Shown: positions 24,632 through 40,910 of the stretch, piece by piece
How the letters are laid out: each line of letters opens with the position of its first letter
Numbering within the stretch: position 1 is the first letter of the stretch
DNA from: Octopus vulgaris
Lineage: Eukaryota
Length of the DNA stretch: 64,000 nucleotides
Assembly (NCBI GenBank): GCA_951406725.2
Contig: OX597820.1
Coordinates: 20,336,001 to 20,400,000, forward strand
Direction: 5' to 3'
Made by a program: the position numbers and the translations under genes
Notes under the pieces: generated by a model
What the model was told of the DNA's origin: nothing
What the model saw: the letters and a program-made list of their open reading frames with translations, nothing else
Database searches by the model: none

Positions 24632-24848
24632 GTGTGTGTGTTTGTGTGTCTGTGTTTTTCCTCCTAGCATTGCTTGACAACCGATGCTGGTGTGTTTACG
24701 TTAGCGGTTCGACAAAAGAGACCGATAGAATAAGTACTGGGCTTACAAAGAATAAGTCCCGGGCTCGATTTACTCGACTAAAGGCGGTGCTCCAGCATGG
24801 CCGCAGTCAAATGACTGAAACAAGTAACAGAGTAAAAGAGTAAAAGAG
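24394..24848 (+). mobile_element. Family A SINE, full length
   Basis: A/B boxes, accttgggcaagt CORE-like motif, (TA)n(TG)n, (gtaaaaga)n tail. Confidence 0.92.
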
Positions 24849-24894
<46 letters not shown>

Positions 24895-25136
24895 TGTTAT
24901 TATTATTATATAAAATGGCGCGATTCCTTTGTTTCAAGGAATGATTACACCACAATGTACCTTGAAAAGCTAATTTAAATAGCGAAAACCAGTTTGATAT
25001 CACTACATTTTATGAGACTTTTACCATCCATGATATATGTATGTATATATATCTTTATAAAAAGATATTAAAATTATGTGAAATGAAGGCATTTCTCTTT
25101 CCCTTTTTATATATATTTTCTACATATTTTCGCACA

Positions 25137-25625
<489 letters not shown>

Positions 25626-25641
25626 ACTATCGCCCCCGTAC

Positions 25642-25671
<30 letters not shown>

Positions 25672-25676
<5 letters not shown>

Positions 25677-25840
25677 CTCCAAGAAGCTGTCGCCTCTAGC
25701 TAGCTATGTGACACACGAACCTGTGTCCATTATAACCTTCGAACAGGGGAAGCAGCTGACCTTCCCTGTTCAAAGGTTATACTGGACACAGTTTCGTGTG
25801 TCACATAGCTAGCTGGAGGCGACGGCCTCTTGGAGCTAAT
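25672..25840. repeat. Inverted repeat with about 80-bp arms, within a (TA)n-flanked insert (25672-25950)
   Basis: 25672-25752 versus 25761-25840: six substitutions and one indel by eye. Loop cagctgac. Confidence 0.9.
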
Positions 25841-25946
25841 CAACGGTAACATTCGTCTTATTTTTCTGGACTGCCATGTTAGCTTGGCGATAACTATTAA
25901 TATCCAGTACCGCTGGCATAGTCTCCTTTAGAGAGACTTATAATAT

Positions 25947-26017
<71 letters not shown>

Positions 26018-26184
26018 TTATTGTTAAAACTGTCGGACGAACGGGAACATGAATCTCTGAGTAACAGCTTTTGATATATTTCTGCTGCTTTTAAATAATG
26101 CATATTACTCTGCCTCTAGTATTTGAGTACTCTTCTTTTTACCACCTTGTTTCACATTTATGTATGTATATATATATGTGTGTG

Positions 26185-26217
<33 letters not shown>

Positions 26218-26334
26218 GCATATGTATATGTTTGTATGTCTGTGAGTAAGTCTTGTGGGGGTCGATTTGTTCGACTAAAGGCAGTGCTCCAGCATGGCCG
26301 CAATCAAATGCCTGCAACAAAAGAATAGAAGAAC

Positions 26335-26404
<70 letters not shown>

Positions 26405-26701
26405 CTCTCTCTCTATCTATCTATCTATCTATCTACCGATATGCACAGCGATGTAGATGATGCATTAAGCAATGAAACAGAAATAAATAAGCTGATCAAT
26501 AAGCTAAGATATTTAGCAGGCGATAGCCATATCGCTAATGATTTTTGTTTGTTTTTACAAGAAATTTTGCCAAAATAACATCAGTTTTCTGCGCAGGATT
26601 TACTTTCACTTTGCAAACACATGGATTCCTAAAACATCGTTTTTATGGTGGCTACATTTAGTTGCACTTTAGAAGCGGGCAGACAAGCAGACAATCAGAC
26701 A

Positions 26702-26765
<64 letters not shown>

Positions 26766-27109
26766 CATATATATATATATACACCGAAAGCCCGAGAGCC
26801 AGGTCACATAATTTTATACGTTGTAGTGTAGGCGTGTGTGTCTGTGTGTATGCGTCAGTGTTTGTGTTTGTGTGTATGCGTTTGTGCCCGTGTTTGCGTG
26901 TATGCGGTTTTTGCTTGTGATTGTGTGCGTGTTCCAAAATTTCTATGTTCCTCCATTGGAGACCTCGATCAAAGCTACAACTAACATGGGACACCTTACA
27001 ATTCATGTGTAATGCACACGTGTGCGTGTGTGTATTTACAAGCATACACATGGGTATGCTTTGAATATGGATATGAATAAACAGAACAAAACAAAACACT
27101 TTACAAACA

Positions 27110-27554
27110 TACATGTGTGTGTGTATGTATAGATGCATGCTATTATACACATATAATTATAAGTATATACACACACACATATACATACACACGCGTATAT
27201 ATATACATACACATATATCCACATAATACGTATGTGTGTATGTATGTATATATATATATAGATAGATGTATGTATGTATGTATGTATGTATGTATGTATG
27301 TATGTATGTATATATATATGCATGTATGTATATATACATGTATGTATGTATATATATATATCATAGGATAGATATGCATGTATGTATGTATGTATGTATG
27401 TATGTATGTATGTATGTATGTATGTATGTATGTATGCATGTATGTATGCATGTATGTATATATATGCATGTATGTATGTATGTATGTATGTATGTATGTA
27501 TGCATGTAGCTTCAAGTGTGCCTTGGAACTACACAACCTTTTATGTAAGTATGC

Positions 27555-27638
<84 letters not shown>

Positions 27639-27770
27639 TTATGTATGCATCCATGTATGCATGTATATATGTATGTATTTATGTATGCATGTATGCTTGT
27701 TTGCATGTATGTATGTATGCATGTTTGTATGTATATATGTATATATATATATATAAACTTATACATACAT
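27110..27770. repeat. (TATG)n/(TA)n/(TG)n compound array
   Basis: Simple repeats. Source of the MYVC ORFs. Confidence 0.93.
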
Positions 27771-28400
27771 GCACATAAAATGTTGGCGATATGCGCGTGA
27801 ACTTGAAGTTAAAAGCGTCGTGTTCACTATTATGAGACCAGTGATCAATCCCTGTTTAGGACAGCAGTAGCGTGTATGATGAAGGGCCTTGATTTTACAT
27901 GACTTTCGTCATCTCAGTTAAAAGCGACCACAGCCGAGGGTTCAGTACAGTTGTCTCACCCGTCACGCTCGTAAGTACACAGACACCTAAAACTTATAGG
28001 AAAGGCATTGGTATACGTTTACATTGTCCTACACGTGTGCTCACATACATGTATATAATGGCATACACATGTATGTACAGATATGTGTGCATGTATATAC
28101 TTTTGTGCGCGTATGTTCGTTTATTTTAAATTTCTAGTCTTGTCTAGTTATTTGTATATTATTTATATGCATTTACATGTGTGCGTGTGTATGTATATAT
28201 ATATATATATATATATGTATGCACAGACGCACACACACACTCACACACATATATATATACATATGCTTATATAATATATAAGTATATGTTTGTGTTTAAG
28301 CGCGTGCCTGCTTGTGTGTAAATATATTTGTGCCAATAAGAATGCATGTGTATATCCATCCATCCATCCATCCATCCATCCATCCTTCCATCCTTCCTTC

Positions 28401-28439
<39 letters not shown>

Positions 28440-28608
28440 GGTAGATAGTCAGATAAATAGATATAGATATAAATATGTGTGTGTATGTCTTTATGTTTCT
28501 ATTGTATTTGTTGCCACCATCACTTGACAACCGGTGTTATTGGGTTTACACCCCAATAACTTAGGGTTTCGTAAAAAAGAGATCGATAGAATAAATACCA
28601 GGCTTAAA
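28440..28608 (+). repeat. Decayed family A 3' segment duplicated at 36585-36752
   Basis: Shares the flank ggtagatagtcagataaatagatatagatata and private changes (ccccaataacttagggtttcgta) with the second copy. Confidence 0.75.
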
Positions 28609-28770
28609 TTACATCGATCCCAGTACATAACTGGTACTTAATTTATCGACCCCGGAAGGATGAAAGGCAAAGTCGACCTCGGCGGAATTTGAACTCACAA
28701 CGTAACGGCAGACAAAATACGGCTACGCATTTCGCCCGGCGTGCTAACGTTTCTGCCAGCTCGCCGCCTT
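28608..28770 (-). mobile_element. Family B SINE lacking its tail
   Basis: Head aaggcggcgagctggcagaaacgttagc and Nin-like domain on the minus strand. Confidence 0.85.
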
Positions 28771-29080
28771 GCGCGGGAGAGATATTGAAGAGAGAAAGCA
28801 TATAGTCAGGCGTGCCGAAAATGAAACCATGCAACATAGACACTTACACACGCACACACACACACAAACACATATCGTATTTAAAATTTGAATAAACTTT
28901 GCTTCTTTTCAAATATATGACGATAGAAGTGCCAGGTAGAAACAGAAAAAAACAAAAAAACAAAAACAAAAACCAGCAAAAACAAGACGAGCTAATTTAT
29001 ACACGCTTGTGATTATACCATACATACATACATACATACATACATACATACATACATACATACATACATACATACATACA

Positions 29081-29112
<32 letters not shown>

Positions 29113-29207
29113 CGCAGTCACACAGCAGCCACAAACACAAGCACATGGTTGTATATATGTGTGTATAACTAACGAGAAGTTATGTTTGTGTGTGTGTATA
29201 TATATAG

Positions 29208-29241
<34 letters not shown>

Positions 29242-29495
29242 CTTATAAATAAAGAAATAGTGTGTGTATATCTTATTCCTCACTCGGTTCATTCATTGGA
29301 CTGCGGCCATGCTGGGGTACTACCTTAAAGTTTTAGCTGAATAGAACGAACCCAATACCTTTTTTTTTTTGCAAGTCGACTACTTTTTCTATCTGTCTCT
29401 TTTCCCGAACGGTTAGGTTACAGGAACATAAACAAACTACACCGGGTGTCAAGCTGTGTGTGTATGTGTGCGTGTGTGTGTGTGTGTGTGTGTAT

Positions 29496-29591
<96 letters not shown>

Positions 29592-29624
29592 GAGAAGAAC
29601 GTACACAAAAAAAAAAGACACACA

Positions 29625-29663
<39 letters not shown>

Positions 29664-30199
29664 GACGGGCTTCCATGCGATTTCCGTTTCCGTCAATTTT
29701 GATGCATGATGTATATAGATTTCCAGTCAACTGGACGAATAGGTCAATGAACTAGTGTGCGAAGTGGCTGTGTATACCATAGAAATCTGTCCCTTAAAAT
29801 GATTTCAAATTCTAACCCAAGGCCAACGCTTTTAGGGAAAGGGTCTAAAATTATATCGTCGACTCCAGAGCTTGACTCGCACTTATTTTATCGACCCCTT
29901 TTTTAGGGGTCGATAAAATAAGTCGACTTCGGAAGGCACCTGAACTCACCGTGTGTTCTTAATATGAATCTGAAGTACAATTAGTGTCACACAATGAGGC
30001 AATGCTGGACTTTTGAATTACAGGTATAATCAATCCGAGGTGCTTCAATGCAGTTTCCGTTTATCCCAGAAAGTTTCAAACGAGCGGGAGATTTGGTGAA
30101 GTAACTTGGCCAAGATTCCACGCCTATATTATCGAATCCGGGACCTTTTAGTTGGGCTGTGAAGGGAACTGATTTGGCATTCAACCGTATTTGTACCCT

Positions 30200-30370
30200 T
30201 ATACACATACGCACATACATACATACATTCATACATACATACATACATTCATACATACATACATACATACATACATACATACATTCATACATACATACAT
30301 ACATACATACATACATACATACATACATACGTATGTACATACATACGTATGTACATACATATATACATAC

Positions 30371-30425
<55 letters not shown>

Positions 30426-30800
30426 TACATGCATGCATGCATACATACATACATACATACATACATACATACATACGTACATGCATACATACATTCATAC
30501 ATTCGTACATACATACATACATACATGCATATATACGTACATACATACATACATGCATACATACATTCATACATTCGTACATACATACATACATACATAC
30601 ATACATACATACATACATGCATACATACATTCATACATTCGTACATACATACATACATACATACATACATACATACATACATACATACATACGTACATAC
30701 ATACATACATACATACATACATACACACATACATACATACACATATATAAAAATGCATATATTCATACACGCATATATAAATACAACATATACATTTATA
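30200..30800. repeat. Long (TACA)n array with internal higher-order duplications
   Basis: About 600 bp. A variant block recurs at 30481, 30553 and 30617. Confidence 0.93.
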
Positions 30801-30869
30801 TGCGTTTGAGTGTGTGTGAATGTATCACAGGCGACTATATTTGTCTCTCTCTCTCCCTGTCTGTCTGTA

Positions 30870-31058
30870 GGGGCAGGAGTGGCTGTGTGGTAAGTCGCTT
30901 GTTTACCAGCCACATGGTTCCCAGTTCAGTCCCACTGCGTAGCACTTTGGGCATGTGTCTTCTACTATAGCCTCGGGCCAACCAAAGCTTTGTGAGTGGA
31001 TTTGGTAGACGGAAACTGAAAGAAGCCCGTTGTATATATGTACACGTATATATATATC

Positions 31059-31124
<66 letters not shown>

Positions 31125-31160
31125 GCTCAACAACCGATGCTGCTGTGTAAAAAGAGTAAA
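30870..31160 (+). mobile_element. Family A SINE with 3' internal deletion
   Basis: Intact 5' half and microsatellite, then caaccgatgctg joined to the gtaaaa tail. Confidence 0.85.
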
Positions 31161-31209
31161 ACAAAGACTATGTCAACAAGTACAACTTTCCCGTTATCAT
31201 CGAAAAGTT

Positions 31210-31570
31210 ACTGAGATGAGTTCAACTTTGCCTTTCATCCTTTTGGGGTCGATAAATTAAATACCAGGTTGCACCCTGGAGTCGATGTAATCGACTACTT
31301 CCCTCCCGCTAAATTTCAAGCTTTCAGTAGAAAACGATTATTATCATTATTATTAAGAGAGCGAGCTGGCAGAAACGGTAGCGTGCTGGACGAAATGCTC
31401 AGCGGTATTTCGCCCGTCGCTACGTTCTGAGTTCAAATTCCTTTGAGGTCGACTTTGCCTGTCATCCTTTCGGGGTCGATAAATTAAGTACCAGTTGCGT
31501 ACAGGCCTCGATCTAATCGATTGGACCCCTCCCTCTAAATTTCAGGCCTTGTGCCTATAGCAGAATCAAT
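31210..31570 (+). mobile_element. Two family B SINEs with B2 tail
   Basis: Partial copy 31210-31345 and full copy 31355-31570, each followed by (TTA)n. Confidence 0.8.
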
Positions 31571-31794
31571 TATTATTATTATTATTATAATTATTATTAT
31601 TATTATTACTATTATTACTATTATTATTATTATTATTATTTGGAGGGGGGAATAATTATTGGAATATTTCAAGCAATTAAACAAACATAAGACACGTAAA
31701 CCAATACAATTATGTCTCGATAGACTTACATAGATACGTGCTCGCGTGCGTATATACTTCTATGCATGTGTACACTTAACGTCTTTATATCTAC

Positions 31795-31835
<41 letters not shown>

Positions 31836-32039
31836 TTTCTTTTTTTCTTCATTCCTTGTGCGTATTTGCGCGGAGTAGATGAAACAGGGATAACTGAAGA
31901 AGGGGAATATTCTATATGTTGTATGTCTCGTTTCTCTGGTTTTTTTTTTCGCTGTTTGAAAAAAAGTTCGTTTCTATGTTTTTGTTTTTATGTTTTCGTT
32001 TCTCATTGTGTTCAATGTTATTTTTTGATGTCCTGTACC

Positions 32040-32820
<781 letters not shown>

Positions 32821-33429
32821 GAGAAAGCAATCTGTTTTGAAAGAACATACCTCAACACTTGAAAAACAATGTAAGAGAAGTCACCGTTGTAGCCGTAGTT
32901 GTCGCTATCGTCGGCAGATCCGAAGCGGCTTTACCTGTATCGATAATGATGCCTGTTTGTAGAAGTTAGCTTTATATCAATGAGATTTTATTATCCTATA
33001 CACAACTACAATTACTACAGTTCCATCGAAGTACAATTCCACACACCACACACACACATATACATACATATATATGTAAACGCATGCATATTAGCATACG
33101 CACCATACATATCCACGCTCTGACACACACATGCACACGCACACTCGCATATACATCTCTTAACTCGCTCGTTCCTTCTTTTCTGCACACATTCATATCT
33201 ACGGATGCGCGGAAGCATCATGTTTACGCACATACGCCACCATAGCTATCCTGATTCTTCTACATTACGCCCACTATATAAAAAAACTAAAAACGAAAAA
33301 CAAAAACAAAACGACAAACTTTTTAAACACCCATTCGCACAAGCAACACAACACTGCAGCAGCGACACATACGTAAATATACACCAAATCAACATAAATA
33401 TAGCCGTCATCACCCAGTTGTAATATGGA

Positions 33430-34220
<791 letters not shown>

Positions 34221-34676
34221 CGATTATACATAGATTGAAGCACCCACGCATTCATCGGAATATAATCATACATATATCGATTCTCAGCATACACGCACAC
34301 ATCGATCTATCCATCCATCCATCCATCGTTCTCCATACGTGCATACACAGATTAACGCGTACATACGGACATACGTAAATATTTACATGGTTATCTCGCG
34401 GATGTAACACGAGTCCCACGCATTCATTTTGGAAGTGTTGTTTTATTTGACGTAAAAGACCAACAGTCAGTCTCAGTAACTTTCGTCAAAACTTACGACA
34501 AAAGTTGATGCTTTCTGAAGTCTCCTAAAACACAGACTGACGCAGGAAAACGTAATGGCAATATAGAACGTAGCCACATCCATATAGCAGGAAAACAACC
34601 ATCACGAGTTCTTTGACCTTAAACTAAACGACGTGGCCGTTATTATTCTCGCTAAAGAAATCCTTAAGGATTAGAT

Positions 34677-34983
34677 CAGTGGTTCTTAACCGAGGTCCAT
34701 ATGGCCCCTGAGGGTCCCTATAAGATTTTTGGGGGTTCACGCGACAACATAGTAAATTGGAGATTCACAATAGTATTTTAAGGGCTCCTGAAAAAAGTTT
34801 TGTTTTCGATGTATGTATGTAGGCGTAGGAGTGGCTGTGTGGTAAGTAGCTTGCTTACCAACCACATGGTTACTGGTTCAGTCCCACAGCGTGGTACCTT
34901 GGGCAAGTGTCTTCTACTATAGCCTCGGGCCGACCAAAGCCTTGTGAGTGGATTTGGTAGACGGAAATTGAAAGAAGTCCGTC

Positions 34984-35073
<90 letters not shown>

Positions 35074-35527
35074 ATCTTTGTGTTTCTGTGTTTGTACCCC
35101 CAACATCGCTTGACAACCAATGGTGGTGTGTTTACGTCACCGTAACTTAGCGGTTCGGCAAAAGCGACCGATAGAATAAGTACTAGGCTTACAAAGAATA
35201 AGTCCTGGGGTCGATTTGCTCGACTAAAGGCGGTGCTCCAGCATAACAACAGTCAAATGACTGAAACAAGTAAAATTTGTAAAATTGTAAATTGTAAATA
35301 TTATGTATGGGTATTTTATTGCCAGAAACAACCAGGTTTCTTCCTCTAACATTTTACATAGTTTAACCTACACGAGTTAACGGGCGAAAAACAAGATAAG
35401 AATTTTGAGAGAAGGATGTATAAAACTAGTTTTTAAACATCGAATGACCATGGGGTAGGGGGTGGGGGCACCGGAATAAAGTAGCAATCAAAGGGGTCCG
35501 TAGGTAATATTTGGTTGAGAACACCTG
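34677..35527. mobile_element. hAT-superfamily (Charlie-like) MITE with nested family A SINE
   Basis: TIRs cagtggttcttaacc / ggttgagaacacctg. 8-bp TSD gattagat (34669-76) / gatttgat (35528-35). Confidence 0.8.
34822..35275 (+). mobile_element. Family A SINE, full length
   Basis: All modules present, close to consensus. Confidence 0.92.
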
Positions 35528-35801
35528 GATTTGATATCGCAACCCCTAACATGGAATGCGGTCATTTATAACGAAGTTGTAACAACAGCTATTGGCCTAC
35601 TCGATTATTGAACTTCGTTTAGCTTCCTGTTTAACTTTGTGGCTGTGTGGTTTGGGGAGCTTGTTTCCAAACTATGTGATCTTGGGTTCGGTCCCTCTGC
35701 GCGGAATTTCTGTTTAGTGTCTTCTACCGACCAAAGTCTTCTAAGTGGAACTGGTAGACAGAAACTGAAAGAAGACAGATGTGTGTGTGTATGTGTGTGT
35801 A

Positions 35802-36076
35802 TACTCTCTTGTTTGTATCAGTCATTTGACTACGGCCAGGCTGGAGCACCACCTTAAAGGGTTTTTTGGTCGCAGAAATCGGCTCCAGGACTTATATTAT
35901 TGGTTTCTTTTTGCCGAACCGCTACATTGCGAGGATGAAAGCACACCAACATCGGTTGTCAAGCGATGATGGAGGGACAAAAGTTACATAAATTCACATT
36001 GGCACATAAATTCACACACACACACACATCACACACACACCATACACACACGCAAACACACACACTCACACACACA

Positions 36077-36119
<43 letters not shown>

Positions 36120-36270
36120 AGGGCTTCTTTCAGTATCTGTTTTCTAAATTCACTCACAAGGCCTTGGTCGGCCGAAGGCTATAGAAGAAGACACTTGCCC
36201 AAGGTGCCATGTAGCGGGACTGAACCCAGAACCATGTGTTTGGGAAGGAAGCTTCTAACCACGCCTGCGC
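35802..36270 (-). mobile_element. Family A SINE, full length, older
   Basis: Minus-strand head at 36270, CORE-like cacttgcccaagg, internal (CA)n, 3' cagtcatttgact. A plus-strand 5' half precedes it at 35638-35780. Confidence 0.85.
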
Positions 36271-36278
36271 AATAAAAT

Positions 36279-36363
<85 letters not shown>

Positions 36364-36367
36364 ATAT

Positions 36368-36584
36368 AACGGAAAGGTTTACGAAAATAAACAAAAGACG
36401 AAGGCAGGTGGAGTACAAACAAGCAAATGTATTAGTATGGCGCTCAGGAATAGAAATAGAACAAGTCTTTTACGTTTCGAGCCTATGCTCTTCGACAGAA
36501 AGATACACAGAAAAGAAACAAGGAGGGAAACAAGGAGAGAAAAAAATGCGTGTAGGAGCTAACGGTCCATCATGGCGATTGATC
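36368..36584 (-). mobile_element. Short hammerhead-like element, family P2
   Basis: Minus strand TCTTT-CTGTCGA-A-GAGCatagGCTC-GAAACGTA-AAAGA (perfect 5-bp stem I). Abuts (TATC)n(TA)n. Confidence 0.65.
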
Positions 36585-36993
36585 GGTAGATAGTCAGATA
36601 AATAGATATAGATATAGATATGTGTGTGTATGTCTTTATGTTTCTATTGTATGTGTTGCCACCACCACTTGACAACCGGTGTTGGTGGGTTTATACCCCA
36701 ATAACTTAGGGTTTCGTATAAAAGAGATCGATAGAATAAATACCAGATTTAAAAATAAGTCCTGGGATCAATTTGTTCGACTAAACCTTTGAAGGTGATG
36801 CCCAAGCCTGACCGCAATCCAAAGACTGAAACAAGCAAAATGGTAATAAAGAAAAGATACACACACACACACACACACACATGAAACAAAAAAGAAATAA
36901 AGGAACAAATTTCTCATAATGGATTTCTGTACATCTTTTACAAAGTAAGCAGGACTGGCGCTGACTTAAAATTTTGACGCCGTGAGCAGGAAA

Positions 36994-37033
<40 letters not shown>

Positions 37034-37629
37034 AGAGAGAGAGAGAGAGAGACGGGAGGGAGAGAGAGAGAGAGAGATAAGACTTATTAAATTACCTCGA
37101 TTGCTACCAACACCCCCTCTCACTTTCTCTTTCTTTTTCTCACTCTTTCAATGTGTATGCATATACTTGTGTATATATCCACGTGGACGTGCACGTGTGC
37201 TCACTTCCAGTGCCAAAAAGTACTGAAGAAGTTAACTACAAACACATATCAGTCTCCGTCTAACATTATTTTCATGATATAAATAAATAAATAGTAGCCA
37301 TCATCAAAACAGGGTCAATGTCCAATCGGCCGTGCCAAATTACCAGCGTCCAGCCAGCGTCCAATCAGCCTTCTCCTTTTGATTTACCTCCGAGCTTTTA
37401 CTCATTTAATCTGTTATGTATTTTTTTCTTTGTTTCATGCTAGTTTGTAATTTGACATAAAACTCAGTAGTATCAATTTCGAACATTTTTCCTAGCCACA
37501 TGGTTAACAAATTGGCTTTTGTTTTGATTAAAATGTATGCCTTTTTCTTTTTTTCCAAAACAGCAGGTTCGCGTGTTAAACGCCCTTCCGTAAAAGGGGT
37601 CGCTGAGGTACATGATAGATAGGATAGTA

Positions 37630-37815
37630 TACTCTTTTACTTGTTTTCAGTCATTTGACTGCAGCCATGCTGGAGCACTGCCTTTAGTCGAGCAAATCGA
37701 CCCCAGGACTTATTCGTTGTAAGCCTAGTACTTATTCTATCGGTCGCTTTTGCCAAACCGCTAAGTTGCGGAGACGTAAAAACACTAGCATCGGTTGTCA
37801 AGCGATGTTGGGGGA

Positions 37816-37869
<54 letters not shown>

Positions 37870-37979
37870 CGACGGGATTCTTTCAGTTTCCGTCTACCAA
37901 ATCCACTCACAAGGCTTTGGTCGACTGAACCCGGAACCATGTGGTTGGTAAGTAAGCTACTTACCACACAGCCACTCCT
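37630..37979 (-). mobile_element. Family A SINE with the CORE segment deleted
   Basis: gctttggtc is joined directly to gactgaacccgg. Otherwise near consensus. Confidence 0.88.
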
Positions 37980-38459
37980 AAGAAAATACAAATTATAAGC
38001 CACTGCACAGGATTAAAACAAAACTAAAAAATAAAATTGATTTAAACAGTTTTTGATTTAAAAAAAAATGTAGTGGGCGAGTTCTTTCGCAAACATTGAG
38101 GGCTGTTTCTAAATCACCCTTTTATGAAAGGGGACGCTGAAAACAAATATGAACAAGGCACAGAGAGCGATAGACACTAATAGATATACGTAGTAAAAAC
38201 ATCACGTTAACATTGAAATGAAAGAACGTTGTTCCTCAACAAAATTCCATTATATTTTTTTAATGCATTTTAAGAACATGGAACTTAAAAGTACACGCAT
38301 AGATTGAAAAGTACCACTGTCAAATTTATTAACGACTATTATTTTATAATTTAACTCGATTTCAGGAAGTTAACAAATGCTGTTGGAATAATAAGCAAAC
38401 GTTGAATGATGACTAAACGTTTTGTAATATGGAGGTTCCTTTAAGTAAATTTATATTTT

Positions 38460-39125
38460 ACCTTTTGGTAGTTTTAGCCATTGGACTGCAGCCATGCTGG
38501 CGCACAGCCAGAAAGGGTTTTCAGTTGGAGTAATCGACCCTATTATGTGTTTTTTAAAGCGTGGTGCTTATTCAATCGGCCTCTTTTGCTGAACCGCTAA
38601 GTTACGAGGACGTAAGTAAATCCAACATCGGTTGTCAAGCAATCACAGCAGACACATATACACACATATATATACATACATACATACATACATACATACA
38701 TACATACACACATACGCATACATACACACATACAGATATATATTTCTTTACTACCCACAAGGGGCTAAACACGGAGAGGACAAACAAGGACAGACAAACG
38801 GATTAAGTCGATTACATCGACCCCAGTGCGCAATTGGTACTTAATTTATCGACCCCGAAAGGATGGAAGGCAAAGTCGACCTCGGCGGAATTTGAACCCA
38901 GAACGTAACGGCAGACAATATACAGCTACGCATTTCGCCCGGTGTGCTAACGTTTCTGCCAGCTCGCCGCATACAGATATACAACGGGCTTCCACACTCT
39001 CAAGGCATTGGTTGAACCGGGACTGTAGTAGAAGTCATTAGTCCAAAGTACTGAGCAGTAGGCCTGAACCCGAAACCATGTGGTTGCAAAGCAATATTCT
39101 TAACTGCACAGACATGCCTACGCCC
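38460..39125 (-). mobile_element. Old family A SINE hosting a family B insertion
   Basis: 3' half 38460-38650 and 5' half 38982-39125 flank the nested element. Confidence 0.7.
38741..38969 (-). mobile_element. Family B SINE monomer
   Basis: Full unit. TSD catacagatata at 38729-40 and 38970-81. Confidence 0.92.
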
Positions 39126-39714
39126 AGCTTCTTAAGCACACAACCACGAATTAGGGATACATATTTAGTGAGGAAAAGACATTAGCTCGATGACTACTAT
39201 TGTTTTAATCATTTTTAGGAGGCAAAGTATACTATGTTTCTGCCTTATTTGGTGCTCATCTGCGAAGTGCAAGCCTCACTGCACTTGCTGATATTGTGAT
39301 AAAGGAATCGTTAAGTAGATGTACAGTAATTATATAATGATTCGAAGGTTCTGCTCGTGATTATTAAAATCACGGGTTCAGTTTCTGTTGAAGGCGCTGC
39401 GTTGTGTCCTTGAGCGAGGCACTTCTTTCCATTTAACTGAAGTCAAATCTACTCAGACGTAATAAGTACCGGCCTGGTCGCTGATGCAGCTTTCTCAGCA
39501 TCTCACCTCACACACATACACATACACATCAGTCACTATATCCTGGATGTTCGACCGGATCAAGACAAAGAGGTGATAGGGGTGAGGCGAGAAGGAGTCA
39601 GTGTTCTGTCGCATTTTCAAAGACCCCCTAAAAACTATTACTATAGACCTGAGAAATTAGCATATTAGAAACAAAACAAAAAAAAAGCAAAAACAAAAAA
39701 CAAAAGAAAAAACC

Positions 39715-39855
39715 AGGCGTAGCTGTGTGGTAAGAAGTTTGCTTTCCAACCACACAGTTCCGGGTTCAGTCCCATGGCGTGGCACCTTGGATAAGTGCCT
39801 TCTGCAATATCCTAGGGCCGAGTAGATTTGGTGGGCGGAAATTGAAAGAAGACCG

Positions 39856-39939
<84 letters not shown>

Positions 39940-39956
39940 AAGTATGTGTGTGTGTG

Positions 39957-39991
<35 letters not shown>

Positions 39992-40220
39992 GCCCGTCAT
40001 ATATATACACGTGTATATGTGTGAGTGTGTGTGTGTGTCTGTCTGTACCCCACTACCGCTTGACAACCGGTGTTGGCGTATTTATATCCCCCGTAACTTA
40101 ATTTTATAGAACCGATAGAATAAGCACCAGTTTTTTTTTTAAAAGTATTAAGCAATCGATTCATTCGACTAAAATCCTTCAAGACGGTACCCCAGCATGG
40201 CCGCAGTCGAATGGCTGGCA
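39715..40220 (+). mobile_element. Family A SINE with duplicated microsatellite junction
   Basis: gaaga/gcccgtc(ta)n junction present twice (about 39850 and 39990). Confidence 0.8.
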
Positions 40221-40652
40221 CAAGAAACAGAAGAATAAAAAATGCATTCATTGAGTTTGATCTCAACACTACATATTTAACATTCAGCTTATACGGCGCT
40301 TCCATACACTCACACGGCGCAGCATGTTTTGCCTGGAGATATTAATTAGATTTGATTGAGCTATTTAACACTTGTATATTTAAATATCTTGGCTGTGAGA
40401 GCGCAACGTAACGCTGGTGACAGAATGCAAACAAGAAGAAAAAAAATCATTCCTTTTCGTCCAGCAGTCTGACTCGGTCAGCTGCAACGCTCTCAGCTAA
40501 ATGAACGCATTCGCAGAAAAGCGCTATATATTATCGTATAACAAATAATGCAAAGAAAAGTTATTGAACGGCGTTTACACTGTGCGCGCGCACATGTTTT
40601 GCAACCAGCGCACATAAAATACAAAGTAACTAATGTGCGCACACAAGATTAT

Positions 40653-40831
40653 CTCTTTTACTCTTTTACTTGTTTCAGTCGTTTGACTGCGGCCATGCTG
40701 GAGCACCGCCTTTAGTCGAGCAAATCGACCCCAGGACTTATACTTTGTAAGCCTAGTACTTATACTATCGTTCTCTTTCGCCGAACCGCTAAGTTACCAA
40801 CATCGGTTGTCAAGCGATGTTGGGGGGACAA

Positions 40832-40910
<79 letters not shown>

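Noticed and set aside
29987-30970. Longest ORFs (308, 259, 216 aa) and all YI/HT/CV/MYVC/RE/LS-repeat ORFs
   Set aside because: Translations of stop-free microsatellites, open on both strands and in several frames.
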